NCBI GenBank assembly: GCA_041666845.1
Contig: JBAYGC010000006.1
Location: 6 to 64,005 of the forward strand
Source: Patescibacteria group bacterium
Lineage (GTDB): Bacteria > Patescibacteriota > Patescibacteriia > UM-FILTER-42-10
Length of the DNA: 64,000 bases
Reading direction: 5' to 3'
A program made the position numbers and the translations under genes. The notes under the pieces are model-generated. The model was not told where the DNA came from, did not search any database, and worked only from the letters and a program-made list of their open reading frames with translations. Shown piece after piece: positions 10,089 to 21,400 of the stretch (its first letter is position 1; each line of letters opens with the position of its first letter).

Positions 10089-10120
10089 AGGAAGGTGCGA
10101 CGTCGACGTCGCACCTTCCT
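10089..10120. repeat. perfect 32-bp palindrome after dnaK stop
   Basis: AGGAAGGTGCGACGTC|GACGTCGCACCTTCCT. Confidence 0.85.
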
Positions 10121-10126
10121 GGTTAA

Positions 10127-12073
10127 TTACTTTTTGTCTTCCTTCTTCTCCTCCTGCGCTTTGGCTTCGGAGGACTTGTCTTCCGTAAATTCGCCTTCTA
10201 CCGGCTCTTTATCTCCCTCTTTTTTCTCACCGGCTTTGGCGGCATCAGCTTTCTTTGCCGCTTCTTCCTTCTGCTGTGCTTCATACATAGCCTGCCCGAT
10301 TTTCTGGGCAGCTGTTGATAGCTCTTCGGTGGCTTTTTTGATTGCCTCCACGTCGTCTTTATCTTTTACATCATTGACCGCTTTGACCCTTTCTTCCACG
10401 GATTTCTTGTCCTCTTCTTTAATCTTATCTCCGCCTTCTTTGATCGCTTTTTCGGAAGTGATCACCATGGTTTCCGCCATGTTGCGGGCTTCGATCAGAT
10501 TTTTCTTTTTCTTATCTTCTTCAGCGTGGATTTCCGCGTCTTTCTTCATCTTTTCCACTTCCTCATCAGACAATCCGGAAGAAGCTTCAATGCGGATGCT
10601 TTGTTCTTTGTTGGTTGCTTTGTCCTTCGCTTTCACGCTGAGGATTCCATTGGCATCAATATCAAATCCTACTTCTACCTGCGGGATTCCGCGTGGTGAC
10701 GGAGGGATGCCATCCAGAATAAATCTACCCAGTGACTTATTATCTGCCGCCATTTCTCTTTCTCCCTGCAAGACGTGAATCTCTACCGATGTCTGATTGT
10801 CAGCAGCAGTTGAGAATACTTGGCTTTTAGATGCTGGGATGGTGGTGTTCTTTTCAATTAATGGCGTGCGTACTCCGCCCAGTGTTTCAATACCTAGTGT
10901 TAGCGGGGTAACGTCCAAAAGTAGAACGTCTTTTACTTCGCCCTGAAGCACACCGGCTTGTACCGCGGCACCGATTGCCACTACTTCATCCGGGTTTACA
11001 GATGAGTTCGGTTTTTTACCGAAGAATTCTTCTACTTTCTTCTGTACTAAAGGCATTCTGGTTTGTCCGCCGACTAACACGATTTCATTCATGTCTTTGG
11101 CTTCCAAACCGGCATCTTTCAACGCTTTCCGGCAAGGCTCCAATGTCTTTTCCACAAAATCACCGACAATATCTTCCAGTTTGGCGCGGGTCAGTTTCAA
11201 TACCAGATGTTTCGGGCCGGATTCATCAGTTGTGATGAACGGCTGGTTGATTTCCGTTTCCTGCGTGGATGACAGTTCAATTTTGGCTTTTTCCGCGGCT
11301 TCTTTGATTCTCTGCAATGCCAGATTGTCCTTGGACAGGTCGATTCCCTGATCCTTTCTGAATTCGTCCAGTATCCAGTGCATGATGCGCTGGTCAAAGT
11401 CATCTCCGCCGAGGTGAGTGTCGCCGTTGGTCGCTTTCACTTCTACAGTGTCATCACCGATTTCCAAAATGGAAATATCAAATGTTCCACCACCCAGATC
11501 ATAGACTGCGATCTTTTCATCTTTTTTCTTGTTGAACCCGTAGGCAAGTGCCGCCGCGGTCGGTTCGTTGATAATACGTTTCACATCAAACCCGGCAATC
11601 TTTCCCGCGTCTTTGGTCGCCTGCCTTTGTGAGTCGTCAAAATATGCCGGCACGGTAATTACCGCTTCGGTTATTTTCTCACCCAGTTTGTCTTCGGCGT
11701 CGGCTTTCAGTTTCTGCAGAATCATTGCGGAAACTTCCTGCGGAGTGTGTTGTTTATCGCCCATTTTCACCGTCACACCGTCGTTGTTTTTTTCAATTTT
11801 ATAAGGCAGTGTTTTTGCGTCATTCTGCACTTCTTCTTCCTCCCACCTTCGTCCGATCAGACGTTTCACAGAAAACACCGTGTTTTCCGGATTGGTTACC
11901 GCCTGTCTTTTGGCCAGCTGGCCGACCAGACGTTCACCGCTTTTGGAGATTGCAACCACGGAAGGAGTGGTGCGGTTTCCCTCTTTATTTTCCAGCACTT
12001 TCGGCTCGCCTCCCTCGACGATTGCCATTGCTGAGTTGGTGGTACCGAGATCGATACCTAATATCTTTGCCAT
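10127..12073 (-). CDS. dnaK: chaperone DnaK
   Basis: [30 protein letters not shown]. Confidence 0.99.
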   Translation of the reverse strand: MAKILGIDLGTTNSAMAIVEGGEPKVLENKEGNRTTPSVVAISKSGERLVGQLAKRQAVTNPENTVFSVKRLIGRRWEEEEVQNDAKTLPYKIEKNNDGVTVKMGDKQHTPQEVSAMILQKLKADAEDKLGEKITEAVITVPAYFDDSQRQATKDAGKIAGFDVKRIINEPTAAALAYGFNKKKDEKIAVYDLGGGTFDISILEIGDDTVEVKATNGDTHLGGDDFDQRIMHWILDEFRKDQGIDLSKDNLALQRIKEAAEKAKIELSSTQETEINQPFITTDESGPKHLVLKLTRAKLEDIVGDFVEKTLEPCRKALKDAGLEAKDMNEIVLVGGQTRMPLVQKKVEEFFGKKPNSSVNPDEVVAIGAAVQAGVLQGEVKDVLLLDVTPLTLGIETLGGVRTPLIEKNTTIPASKSQVFSTAADNQTSVEIHVLQGEREMAADNKSLGRFILDGIPPSPRGIPQVEVGFDIDANGILSVKAKDKATNKEQSIRIEASSGLSDEEVEKMKKDAEIHAEEDKKKKNLIEARNMAETMVITSEKAIKEGGDKIKEEDKKSVEERVKAVNDVKDKDDVEAIKKATEELSTAAQKIGQAMYEAQQKEEAAKKADAAKAGEKKEGDKEPVEGEFTEDKSSEAKAQEEKKEDKK

Positions 12074-12130
12074 TTTACTTAATTCCTTTCTTTAATGATT
12101 GATAATGTTTAATAAGTTGGTTCTTTTGAA

Positions 12131-12207
12131 CCCGGGGAGCGAAATGTAAATAGATTCTTCGGCTTGACGAGTCCTCGTCTCGCTCAGAATGACATTTCGC
12201 TACCCGG
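12131..12207. repeat. palindromic REP-like element
   Basis: GCGAAATGT...ACATTTCGC IR enclosing AGATTCTTCG...CTCAGAATGAC arm. Confidence 0.6.
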
Positions 12208-12229
12208 AGCCAGAAGCTCCGAGTGATTC

Positions 12230-12661
12230 CTATTTGAAACCTTTTTTTAATACGTTAACCTTGATTGTTTTCGGCATTACCTGTTCCGCTTTAGGAATAG
12301 TAATTTTCAGAATTCCGTTTTCGAAGTCGGCATTGGCTTTATCGCCGTCTACGGCAATCGGCAATGCAACCGCGCGGTGAAATCCGCCGGTTCTGACCTC
12401 TTTGCGGTAATATTCCTTTTCATCTACTTCCGACTTCTTTTCCATAGAACCTTCGATGGTTAATACGTCGTTCTCGATGGAAATATTTACCTTTTCCGGA
12501 TCAACGCCGGCCAAAGGCGTTTCCACAATTACCGAATCCTTCGTCTGATAGACGTCAATCGCCGGAACAAAACCGTTGGACATGCCGGACATGTATTCTT
12601 CCATGAACTTGTCCATGTCATCCCAAGGCTGGATCATCGGTCGATATTTCATAATATGCAT
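12230..12661 (-). CDS. Hsp20/alpha-crystallin small heat-shock protein
   Basis: PAIDVY, G.F.R...LP, A.FENGIL.I.IPK; AAGGAG SD. Confidence 0.95.
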   Translation of the reverse strand: MHIMKYRPMIQPWDDMDKFMEEYMSGMSNGFVPAIDVYQTKDSVIVETPLAGVDPEKVNISIENDVLTIEGSMEKKSEVDEKEYYRKEVRTGGFHRAVALPIAVDGDKANADFENGILKITIPKAEQVMPKTIKVNVLKKGFK

Positions 12662-12686
12662 ATATTTATCTCCTTGTTGTTAATTA

Positions 12687-13196
12687 TTATTTTGCTACCT
12701 TGACTTTCGCCGGCTGGATTACCCGGCCGTTCATACGAAAGCCAGTTGTTAGTTCTTCCACGATTGTTCCTTTTTCCTGGTCCGATTCTACTTCTTCAAT
12801 CGCTTCGTGCATTTCCGGGTTGAACTGTTTTCCTTGTGTTTCGATTTCTTCAATTCCCAATCCTTTTAATATATTCTTTAGATTATTCTGGATATGTGTG
12901 ATTCCGATCAGCCAGTTGGAGCCTTCAATTTCTTTCGGCACGTGCTTCATGGCCTGTTTAAACTGGTCGACGAGCGGGAATATGTCGAGCAACATTCCGG
13001 CGTTGGCAAATTCAATCAGTTCTGTCTGTCTTTGCTCCTGTTCTCTTTTGAAATTGATGTAATCCGCCTTGGCGCGTTTCCATCCGTTTAGATACTCTTC
13101 TGCCTGGTTTTTCGCGGTTTCCAATTCTTTTTGAATGTCCGTATCCGGTTCCTTTTCCTGTTTCTCGTGTTTATCGTGCTTGTCGTGGTGAGTCAT
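12687..13196 (-). CDS. grpE: nucleotide exchange factor GrpE
   Basis: RAKADYINFKR, FNPEMHEA, VIQPAKVKV. Confidence 0.95.
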   Translation of the reverse strand: MTHHDKHDKHEKQEKEPDTDIQKELETAKNQAEEYLNGWKRAKADYINFKREQEQRQTELIEFANAGMLLDIFPLVDQFKQAMKHVPKEIEGSNWLIGITHIQNNLKNILKGLGIEEIETQGKQFNPEMHEAIEEVESDQEKGTIVEELTTGFRMNGRVIQPAKVKVAK

Positions 13197-13205
13197 AAAT
13201 ATTAA

Positions 13206-13907
13206 TTACAAATTAGTTATAAGTTCCTGAGTGTATTTGATCAGCGCGCGGTTATGGGAATAATTCATCCGCATCGGGCCGAGGATTGCGATCAAACCTT
13301 CGCTATTCCCTCTTTGATATTTGGTTAAAATAGTACTGCACTGCTTACCAAACGGATTTTCTTTACCAAGTAGAATGTGTACATCATTGCTGATATCATT
13401 AAAAATTCCCGCCACCGCTTCATCCAGATGATCCACAACTTCGCTTAAGTTATAAATAACATCTAACTCTGCAAATTCCGGTTGACGGAACACGTTGGTC
13501 AGTCCGGTATAGTAAATATCTCTCGGTGAAAAACCCACAACCACCGCGCCATTAGAAAGCGCCGCGACTTCTTTCGCCACCTGTTTCACTGCAAATGAAT
13601 CTTCGTTTTCTGCATTTAACATCTGCTGGAGTTGCATTTTATGCTTTTCGCTCAAATCTTTTTCATCCAGATAATTATCAATAAAAAAGCGATATCCTTT
13701 TTCGGTTGGAATGCGTCCGGCTGAAGTATGCGGATGAGTGAGATAACCTTCTTTCTCCAGCTCCATCATTTCGTTGCGAATTGTCGCCGTGGACAGATCA
13801 AACCCGCCCTTGCCTACCAGAAGATTGGAACCCACCGGTATGGCGGTTTTAATATGCTGTTTGATAATTGCCGCAAGTAGGGCTTTTTTACGGTCATTTA
13901 GCTCCAT
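13206..13907 (-). CDS. hrcA: heat-inducible repressor HrcA
   Basis: STATIRNEM, PHTSAGRIPT.KGYR, GPMRMNY; CIRCE upstream. Confidence 0.95.
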   Translation of the reverse strand: MELNDRKKALLAAIIKQHIKTAIPVGSNLLVGKGGFDLSTATIRNEMMELEKEGYLTHPHTSAGRIPTEKGYRFFIDNYLDEKDLSEKHKMQLQQMLNAENEDSFAVKQVAKEVAALSNGAVVVGFSPRDIYYTGLTNVFRQPEFAELDVIYNLSEVVDHLDEAVAGIFNDISNDVHILLGKENPFGKQCSTILTKYQRGNSEGLIAILGPMRMNYSHNRALIKYTQELITNL

Positions 13908-13919
13908 ATTTGATACTTT

Positions 13920-13946
13920 TTAGCACTCCTTATGGTAGAGTGCTAA
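13920..13946. promoter_or_regulatory. CIRCE operator
   Basis: Perfect TTAGCACTC-N9-GAGTGCTAA. Confidence 0.98.
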
Positions 13947-13949
13947 TTT

Positions 13950-13977
13950 AGTATAGCATATCAAAAAAAGGGGTCAA
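13950..13977 (-). promoter_or_regulatory. hrcA operon promoter
   Basis: TTGACC, 16 bp ending TGC, TATACT, immediately before CIRCE. Confidence 0.8.
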
Positions 13978-14035
13978 GTCCCCTATTTTCGTTAGTTTAG
14001 TCATTAGCTACAATAATATAAAAGCATCACTTTCC

Positions 14036-15310
14036 TTACTTTTTCCTTTTCTTATTTTCCAAGGATTCCATGAAGTGTTCAATGATATCTACCGCACGGT
14101 TACCATTGCGATACGATCGGATTGTTTTTTTGAATTTCTCCGCGTTCTTCCGGTATTTATTATGCTTTAATATTTTTTCAATCGCAAACCGGATTTCCGA
14201 CGGTTTGACGTCCAGCGCATCCTTTAGTAAGGAATTCGGATTCACCCAAGTTGGTTTGATCGGGTTCAGGTTAATGCCGCATTTCAGACGTTCAATCCGC
14301 TTGGCGTTATACCACTGACCATAGTTATGCGGAATCACGATACATGGCTTTCCATACTTCAGCGCTTGCATCACCGTACCATGTCCGCCATGGTGGATAA
14401 CGATATCACTGATCTCACATGCTCTTTGGCCGGGCAAATATGTTTCCACCCATACGTTCTTTGGCAGTTTGCCTATTTTATTCTTATTAAAATTCGGCCC
14501 CAGACTGACAATCAACTGATAGTCAGAATCCGCGATTGCTTCAACTGTATTATTGAACATATCCTGGTTATAAATGGTTCCGCCGAGTGAGAGATAAATA
14601 ATCGGTTTGTTCTTATTCAGCTGTTTAAACCAGGACGGTTCTTTTTTTTCAAAGCCTTTCCAGAGTAACGGTCCGACAAAATACGCGTCATTCGGCAACG
14701 GGGAAAGTGAATTGTATTCCGGAACATCCGCTACCAGTTTCAGATCCGCATCGTACTGGGCATAAACAGACGCTTTGGCATACTGGTCGGATACTTTATG
14801 AAAAGGCACTTTCATTGCCTGCCGCGAAATAAAATTTACAAAAATCCAGCCGATAAAATAGTAGAACTGGTTTAATAGTTTCTTTTCTGAAAGGTCCAGA
14901 CCGTTCCCCTTCCAGAATTCTTTGAGGTATATGGAATTGGCAATCGTAATCCATGGAACTTTCTTGATTCTGGTGGAAATACAGGCCGTGGTCCGCTTGT
15001 CCGATATTACGACGTTCGGTTTGTATTTGTCGATAATCGACAAATCCTCTTGCACATAATTGGAAAGTAAATCCAGATATTCGTTTTTCTGGGCAAATTT
15101 ATATTCTTCCGCCACATCAAAACTGGTGGAAGGTGCCAGTGTGTAGGTTCCGTAACCGGCTTTTCTGACAAAATTCCGCTTATCCATACTGACCGCAAAA
15201 CGGATATGATATTTGGACTTCGGCAGTAAATCCGCGATCGCCAAACAACGGGTGATATGAGCCAGCCCGTCGGAATGCGGAAGAAACAGAATTTTTTTTC
15301 TTTTGATCAT
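14036..15310 (-). CDS. GT-B glycosyltransferase (GT1/MGT-like)
   Basis: GLAHITR, YLSLGGT, IHHGGHGT...G.P.IVIP...Q signature. Confidence 0.9.
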   Translation of the reverse strand: MIKRKKILFLPHSDGLAHITRCLAIADLLPKSKYHIRFAVSMDKRNFVRKAGYGTYTLAPSTSFDVAEEYKFAQKNEYLDLLSNYVQEDLSIIDKYKPNVVISDKRTTACISTRIKKVPWITIANSIYLKEFWKGNGLDLSEKKLLNQFYYFIGWIFVNFISRQAMKVPFHKVSDQYAKASVYAQYDADLKLVADVPEYNSLSPLPNDAYFVGPLLWKGFEKKEPSWFKQLNKNKPIIYLSLGGTIYNQDMFNNTVEAIADSDYQLIVSLGPNFNKNKIGKLPKNVWVETYLPGQRACEISDIVIHHGGHGTVMQALKYGKPCIVIPHNYGQWYNAKRIERLKCGINLNPIKPTWVNPNSLLKDALDVKPSEIRFAIEKILKHNKYRKNAEKFKKTIRSYRNGNRAVDIIEHFMESLENKKRKK

Positions 15311-15312
15311 GA

Positions 15313-15930
15313 TTAATGCGGATATGATTTACCGGACAATTTAGCTATTTCCTGCATAACATCTCCGGTCGCGCTATCCAAAAGTTCCTTGGTAATTTCC
15401 TGATTATAATATTTATCCAGTGTAATCGGCATACCGACTTTAATCTTTGCTCTGCCGATTCCCCGGAAGAAATTTTTAAATGAATCTTTCACGGTCGACC
15501 CGTGCGGGCCGTCAATCCCAACCGGCACCACCGGCACTCTGTTGATGATGGCCAGTCTGGCTACACCGGTTTTCCCTTTGGCTAATTCTCTGTCAGGATT
15601 AGCTTTGCCTTCAGGAAATATACCAACAACCTCGCCTCTTTTCAATACCCCGTCTAATTTTTCCAAGGCACCGGCAGGATTCTTCGGATCAATCGGCACT
15701 GCGTCAAAAATCCGATAGTTGCCTGTTTTAGCGATAAAATTGATATGACGGTTGATTGTCTGGATTACCGGCGCCAGCAGAATATACTGGTCAAAATAAC
15801 TGACATGATTGACAGCAATAATAAACGCGCCGTTCTGCGGGAGGTTCTCACAACCCTCGGGCTTTTTGGTGAACAGATTGGTAATAGAATATATTGGTTT
15901 AACAATCCAGGAATTCAGTCGGATTTTCAT
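15313..15930 (-). CDS. plsC: lysophospholipid acyltransferase (PlsC family)
   Basis: NHVSYFD (HX4D), GIFPEG, VPVVPVGI. Confidence 0.9.
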   Translation of the reverse strand: MKIRLNSWIVKPIYSITNLFTKKPEGCENLPQNGAFIIAVNHVSYFDQYILLAPVIQTINRHINFIAKTGNYRIFDAVPIDPKNPAGALEKLDGVLKRGEVVGIFPEGKANPDRELAKGKTGVARLAIINRVPVVPVGIDGPHGSTVKDSFKNFFRGIGRAKIKVGMPITLDKYYNQEITKELLDSATGDVMQEIAKLSGKSYPH

Positions 15931-15932
15931 AT

Positions 15933-17051
15933 TTACAGTTTTAAGGATTTTCTGCGGATATATACGCTCTCAACAATCCCAATCGAAAGCAAGCTCATCA
16001 TCAGCGAACTTCCTCCGGCACTGATAAAAGGCAAGGGCAGGCCGGCAACCGGCGCCAAGCCCAGATTCATCCCAATATTAATAAACATCTGCACCACAAT
16101 CATTACCATAATCCCCCAAGCAACATATATACCAAAATCATCCTGCGCGACACGTATGATCTTAATAATCCGCCAAAACAAAAGCCCGAATATGGAAATT
16201 ACGAAAAAAACACCGATGAATCCCAGTTCCTCCGCGATTACGGCAAAAACAAAATCCGTTTCTTTTGCCGGCAAAAAATTCAAACGGCTCTGCGGACCCA
16301 AAGAAAGGCCTCTCCCCCAAAACTGGCCGGAACCGATGGAAATAATTGACTGACTGACATTGTATCCCTGTTTCAGCGGGTCGCGCGTCGGCTGGACGAA
16401 ATTGAGCACCCGTTCTTTCTGATAATCCGCCAGGAAAAACCAGCTGACAAACATTACCAGAAGCATTGTGCCCAGGATAATTAAGATGTGCGATTTTTTG
16501 ATCCTGGTCAGCCAGGTCATTCCCGCCCAGATCGAAATAAAAATAATCGCGGATCCCAAATCCGGTTGCATCAGTACCAGTAAAACCGGCAAAGCAATGA
16601 ATGACGCGCTGATCACAACGTTTTTAAAGGTAAATGGCTCTGATGCTTTATGTGCCAGGTATCTGGCCAGAAAGATAATCATCAGTATCTTTACAACTTC
16701 AACCGGCTGGAAAACCTGGCCAAAAAAAGAATACCATCCCTTCGTGCCACGAACGGTAATACCGAAAAACAATACTCCCAACAGAAGCGATACTCCCACC
16801 CAATAAATAATATTGGCGTAGCCCCTCAAAAACCGATAATCAAAAAAAGCCAGGCTGAATAAGAAAATTATTCCCAGGCCAAAGGCCACTGACTGCGTGA
16901 TCAACAGACCGAACGATCCGCCTTCTTGATTTACTGAAATACTGTAAATAGCCAGTAACCCAAATATTACCAGGACAGATACAATAATAAACAGAATCCA
17001 GTCAAACTTTTTAAATTGAGCTAAGTATTTATCAAATATCATACCAATCAA
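15933..17051 (-). CDS. rodA: SEDS peptidoglycan polymerase RodA
   Basis: FQP.E..K, QPDLGSA, SIGSG..WG.G, TDFVFA..AEELG, LPFISAGGSS. Confidence 0.93.
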   Translation of the reverse strand: MIGMIFDKYLAQFKKFDWILFIIVSVLVIFGLLAIYSISVNQEGGSFGLLITQSVAFGLGIIFLFSLAFFDYRFLRGYANIIYWVGVSLLLGVLFFGITVRGTKGWYSFFGQVFQPVEVVKILMIIFLARYLAHKASEPFTFKNVVISASFIALPVLLVLMQPDLGSAIIFISIWAGMTWLTRIKKSHILIILGTMLLVMFVSWFFLADYQKERVLNFVQPTRDPLKQGYNVSQSIISIGSGQFWGRGLSLGPQSRLNFLPAKETDFVFAVIAEELGFIGVFFVISIFGLLFWRIIKIIRVAQDDFGIYVAWGIMVMIVVQMFINIGMNLGLAPVAGLPLPFISAGGSSLMMSLLSIGIVESVYIRRKSLKL

Positions 17052-17068
17052 AAGAAATAAATCAAACT

Positions 17069-17926
17069 CTAGAATTCATCCGGTGAATACAGCATTTCCG
17101 GATCATAAGCGTTTACTTCCGGCACAATCTTCACATTGGTAATTGATCGGTATTCATCACTCCAGGAAATCCCCAGCTCTTTGGAAGCAAGTGCGCCGAA
17201 CCGGTCAAATTTTATTTCATTGATTGCAACCGGCCGGTCACCACTGAACAGAACTACCTGAAAATTAACCTGCCAGAAATTATATACCGTATTATTTTTA
17301 ATGTTTGCACTGACCCTGGTGGAAAACGAAGTGTAAGTACCACGCTCCCCCTGAATCGGCAGATAATCGACTTTGGCGTCATTAATTTCAAAATTAAGCG
17401 CGGGTTTTTCCAGCGGGAATTCGATTCTCTTCCAACCCGGATTGTCGATGACCAATTGAGCGGTCGGCTTTTGCGACGTGCTCTTGACCGAATATTTAAA
17501 AATGAAGCGCTCTTCCTGCGGCAGTAAAAAGGTATCACCAGTATCCAGATCAACTCCATCCAAGACAAAATGATATTGCAAATTGCCTGCCATCCATTTT
17601 GCATTGGGATTTTTCACATCCGCTACCAAATGGTACGTTTGCGTTTGCCCGGGAACCGGCACCATTACCGTACTGACCACTTGAATATTTTGCGGTGCAT
17701 TTGCCTGTTGATAGGCCGTAAAGTTTATATACGACTGGCTGATTTGACTTGGAATGGCAACATACTTATTCCATGTATAGAGCAGAACAATTGAAGCAAA
17801 TAAGATATATAAAAAAACTAGCAGATCCGCCACGGCCAACACAATCACCCACCACTTTTTCAGCTGGTAACGGTGGGTAACCCACCAAATGCTTATTTTG
17901 AGTTGTTTATCGCTGTATTCCGGCAT
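17069..17926 (-). CDS. hypothetical single-TM extracytoplasmic protein
   Basis: ORF 17069..17965; probable ATG at 17926; one TM then beta-rich domains. Confidence 0.75.
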   Translation of the reverse strand: MPEYSDKQLKISIWWVTHRYQLKKWWVIVLAVADLLVFLYILFASIVLLYTWNKYVAIPSQISQSYINFTAYQQANAPQNIQVVSTVMVPVPGQTQTYHLVADVKNPNAKWMAGNLQYHFVLDGVDLDTGDTFLLPQEERFIFKYSVKSTSQKPTAQLVIDNPGWKRIEFPLEKPALNFEINDAKVDYLPIQGERGTYTSFSTRVSANIKNNTVYNFWQVNFQVVLFSGDRPVAINEIKFDRFGALASKELGISWSDEYRSITNVKIVPEVNAYDPEMLYSPDEF

Positions 17927-18041
17927 TAGATTATTCGTTGATATAAAAATACCATAAACGAGCAAAAAAATGAAGCTTATTCAAGTCTTGTGGAAGATAT
18001 GATATACTTACGTTACAAATCTAATTCTTCAATTCATACAT

Positions 18042-18383
18042 ATGTTTGACACCAGTAAAGATATATTATTTCTCGTGATTGCGCTCTGTGTGTTTGTGGT
18101 CACAGTATTTTCCGTCTGGATTTTATATTACATTGCACAAATATTGAAATCTTCAAAGGAGATGGTCGTAGAAATAAAAAATAAGGTGGAAGAATTCGGC
18201 AATGTATTGAATCTGCTGAAAGATAAAATTACCCACTCCACAACCATGCTGACAACAGTGGTCAAAGGGGTAACTGATTTACTGAACATGTTTAAAGGCA
18301 GGGGTTTTAGAAAAAAAGATAGCGAGGAAGATGAATTCGAAGAAGAGGAAGTTCCAGAAAAACCACGTCGCAAAAAGAAATAA
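18042..18383 (+). CDS. single-TM coiled-coil protein (DUF948-like)
   Basis: N-terminal TM, amphipathic helix, charged tail. Confidence 0.75.
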   Translation: MFDTSKDILFLVIALCVFVVTVFSVWILYYIAQILKSSKEMVVEIKNKVEEFGNVLNLLKDKITHSTTMLTTVVKGVTDLLNMFKGRGFRKKDSEEDEFEEEEVPEKPRRKKK

Positions 18384-18399
18384 CGTAATTTAAAATATT

Positions 18400-18427
18400 A
18401 AGCCCTTGAAAATTTAAGGGCTTTTTT
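18400..18427 (+). terminator. intrinsic terminator
   Basis: AAGCCCTTGA-aaat-TTAAGGGCTT followed by T-run. Confidence 0.8.
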
Positions 18428-18491
18428 GGTGCATTGATTAGGTTGGGAAAAAAGTGTTATAATTTACAACTGAATTAACAAAACATCCAGC

Positions 18492-21400
18492 ATGAGTTTC
18501 GTCCACCTCCATACGCACAGCCACTACAGTTTGCTCGACGGTCTGCCAAAAATCGGTGATTTGGTTGCAAGGGCAAAAAAGCTGAATATGAACGCCCTGG
18601 CTTTAACCGACCACGGTGTTCTGTATGGCGCGATTGAGTTTTTTCAAAAAGCAACCGAGGCCGGAATCAAACCGATTATCGGTGTGGAAGCCTATGTTGC
18701 AAAAAACGGAATGCACAATAAAAGATCCCGGGTTGATGACCGGCCGTATCATTTGATTCTGCTGGCAAAGAACCAGACCGGCTATCAGAATCTGCTCTCT
18801 TTGGTAACCAAGGCGCATCTGGAAGGATTTTATTACAAACCGCGCATCGACTGGGAGTTACTGCAACAACATTCCAAAGGATTGATTGCCATGACCGCCT
18901 GTTTGCAGGGAGAGATACCGTCCGCCATCAGAAACAGCGACTTGAAACATGCCGAGGAATTGATTAAAAACTATGCCGAGCTCTTTGGCGAAGGAAATTT
19001 TTACCTGGAACTGCAGCACCATCCCAGCATTGAACAGCAACACCGGGTGAATGAAGCACTGATTGATCTTGGTAAAAAATTGAAGATCCCGTTGGTCGCG
19101 ACCAATGACGTGCATTACCTGGAACCGGCAGATGCTTATCCGCAGGACGTGCTTTTGTGTATCCAGATGAAAAGAAAACAGGAAGAGACAGACCGGATTT
19201 CCTACGTTGGTGAAGATTTTTCCCTGAAGACGCCGGAACAAATGGCCAGGGATTTCAGCCATGTCCCGGAAGCACTGGAAAATACAGTTAAAATTGCCGA
19301 AAAATGCAATTTGGATATCGAATTCGGTAAAATAATGCTCCCCCATTTTGAAACACCGAAAGAAACAAACCCGGACGACTTTTTAAGGGAGCTCTGCTAT
19401 GAGGGCATTAAAAAGAGATTTGGCATCGATATTCCTTCGGATCCGACAAAGCAGAATATTACGGATGAAAAAACAAGAACGATCATTGACCGGCTGGAGT
19501 ATGAACTGAAAGTGATCCATAAGACCGGTTTTGCTTCATATTTTTTGATTGTGCAGGATTTTGTTAACTGGGCAAAAAACAGTAAGATCGTAGTCGGCCC
19601 GGGCAGAGGTTCGGCGGCCGGAAGTATTGTTTCTTATGTTTTAAATATTACCAACCTCGATCCCCTGCACTATGAACTGATGTTTGAGCGATTTCTAAAC
19701 CCCGAGAGAATCTCCATGCCGGATATTGATATTGATTTTGCCGATTCCCGCCGGAATGAAGTGATCACCTACGTGGAAGAAAAATACGGCAAAGACCATG
19801 TGGCACAGATTATTACTTTCGGAACCATGGCCGCGAGAGCTGCTATTCGGGATGTTGGCAGAGTGCAGGGTTTGCCTTACAATTTTTGTGATCAGGTCGC
19901 TAAGATGATCCCGATGTTCATGACGCTGGATGACGCACTGAAAGCCGTACCGGAACTTAAAAGTTTATACACCACCGATACAGAAGCAAAAAAGCTTATT
20001 GATACCGCAAAGAAATTAGAAGGTGTAGCCCGCCATACTTCCACCCATGCCTGCGGAATAGTCATTGCCCCTAATCCACTGGAACAGCACGTCCCGACCC
20101 AATATGCCAGCCAGGATGACAAAACAATCATTACCCAGTATTCGCTGAATCCGATTGAGGATTTGGGTCTTTTAAAGATGGACTTTCTCGGATTGAAGAA
20201 TCTGACAATTCTTGAAAATGCCCTGGATATTATTTTTAAAACAACCGGGGAAGAAGTTGATATCGATAAAATTCCGCTGGACGATAAAAACGCATTCAAA
20301 CTTTTTCAGAAGGGCGACACAATCGGAGTATTTCAGCTGGAAAGCTCCGGCATGACCCGCTACCTGAAAGAATTGAAGCCGACGGACCTCGAAGATATCA
20401 TCGCGATGGTTTCCCTGTACCGCCCGGGACCGATGGAACTGATCCCCGATTACATTGCCGGCAAGCGCGGTAAGAAAAAAATATCCTATCTCCATCCGAA
20501 ACTGGAACCGATTTTGAAAAAAACCTACGGCATTGCCGTTTATCAGGAACAGATTCTACAGATTGCCCGTGATTTGTGCGGTTTCACCCTCGGCGAGGCC
20601 GATATCCTGCGTAAAGCAATCGGTAAAAAGATCAGATCGCTTTTAATGGAGCAACGGGAAAAATTCGTTCAAGGCGCAATTAATAACGGTATACAAAAGC
20701 GCATTGCGGAAAAGCTATTTGATTTCGTCGAGCCGTTCGCCGAGTATGGCTTCAACCGGTCGCATGCAGCTTGTTACGCATTAATTGCCTACCAAACCGC
20801 CTATCTGAAAGCCAATTGGCCGGCACAATTTTTGGCCGCTCTCCTGACCGCTGATTACGGCAATACCGACCGGATCGCCGTGGAGGTGGCGGAAACAAAA
20901 AAACACGGCATTGAAGTCGTTCCACCGGACGTCAATGAAAGCTTTTCAACTTTTACCGTAGTTAAAGAAAGCTTGGGTACCGACCAGCCCCGTATCCGCT
21001 TCGGTTTAATGGCTATTAAAAATATCGGCACCAACATTGTCCGTACGATTATTGACGAAAGAAAAAAGGACGGCAAATACAAAAACCTGGAAGATTTCCT
21101 TAGGCGCGTACAGACCAAAGACCTGAACAAAAAATCGCTCGAAAGTTTGATTAAGTGCGGGGCGATGGATGATTTCGGTAATCGCCAAACTCTTTTAGAT
21201 AATTTGGAGTCAATCTTAATTTACGCGAAAAACAGTCAGAAAGAAAGACTTAATGGTCAGACCAACCTTTTTGGGATGCTCCCCGCCGAGCACAGTCCGA
21301 AGTTACGCCTGACCGAATCAGAACCGGTTGATAAGAAGACCAGGCTGGGCTGGGAGAAACAACTGCTCGGTATGTATATCTCCGAACATCCGCTGGATGA

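Noticed and set aside
9951-12102. Long + strand ORFs antisense to dnaK
   Set aside because: Antisense shadow typical of dnaK; no independent signals.
14102-14111. ACCATTGCGA match inside glycosyltransferase gene
   Set aside because: 10-nt match in coding sequence without the rest of the element; likely chance.
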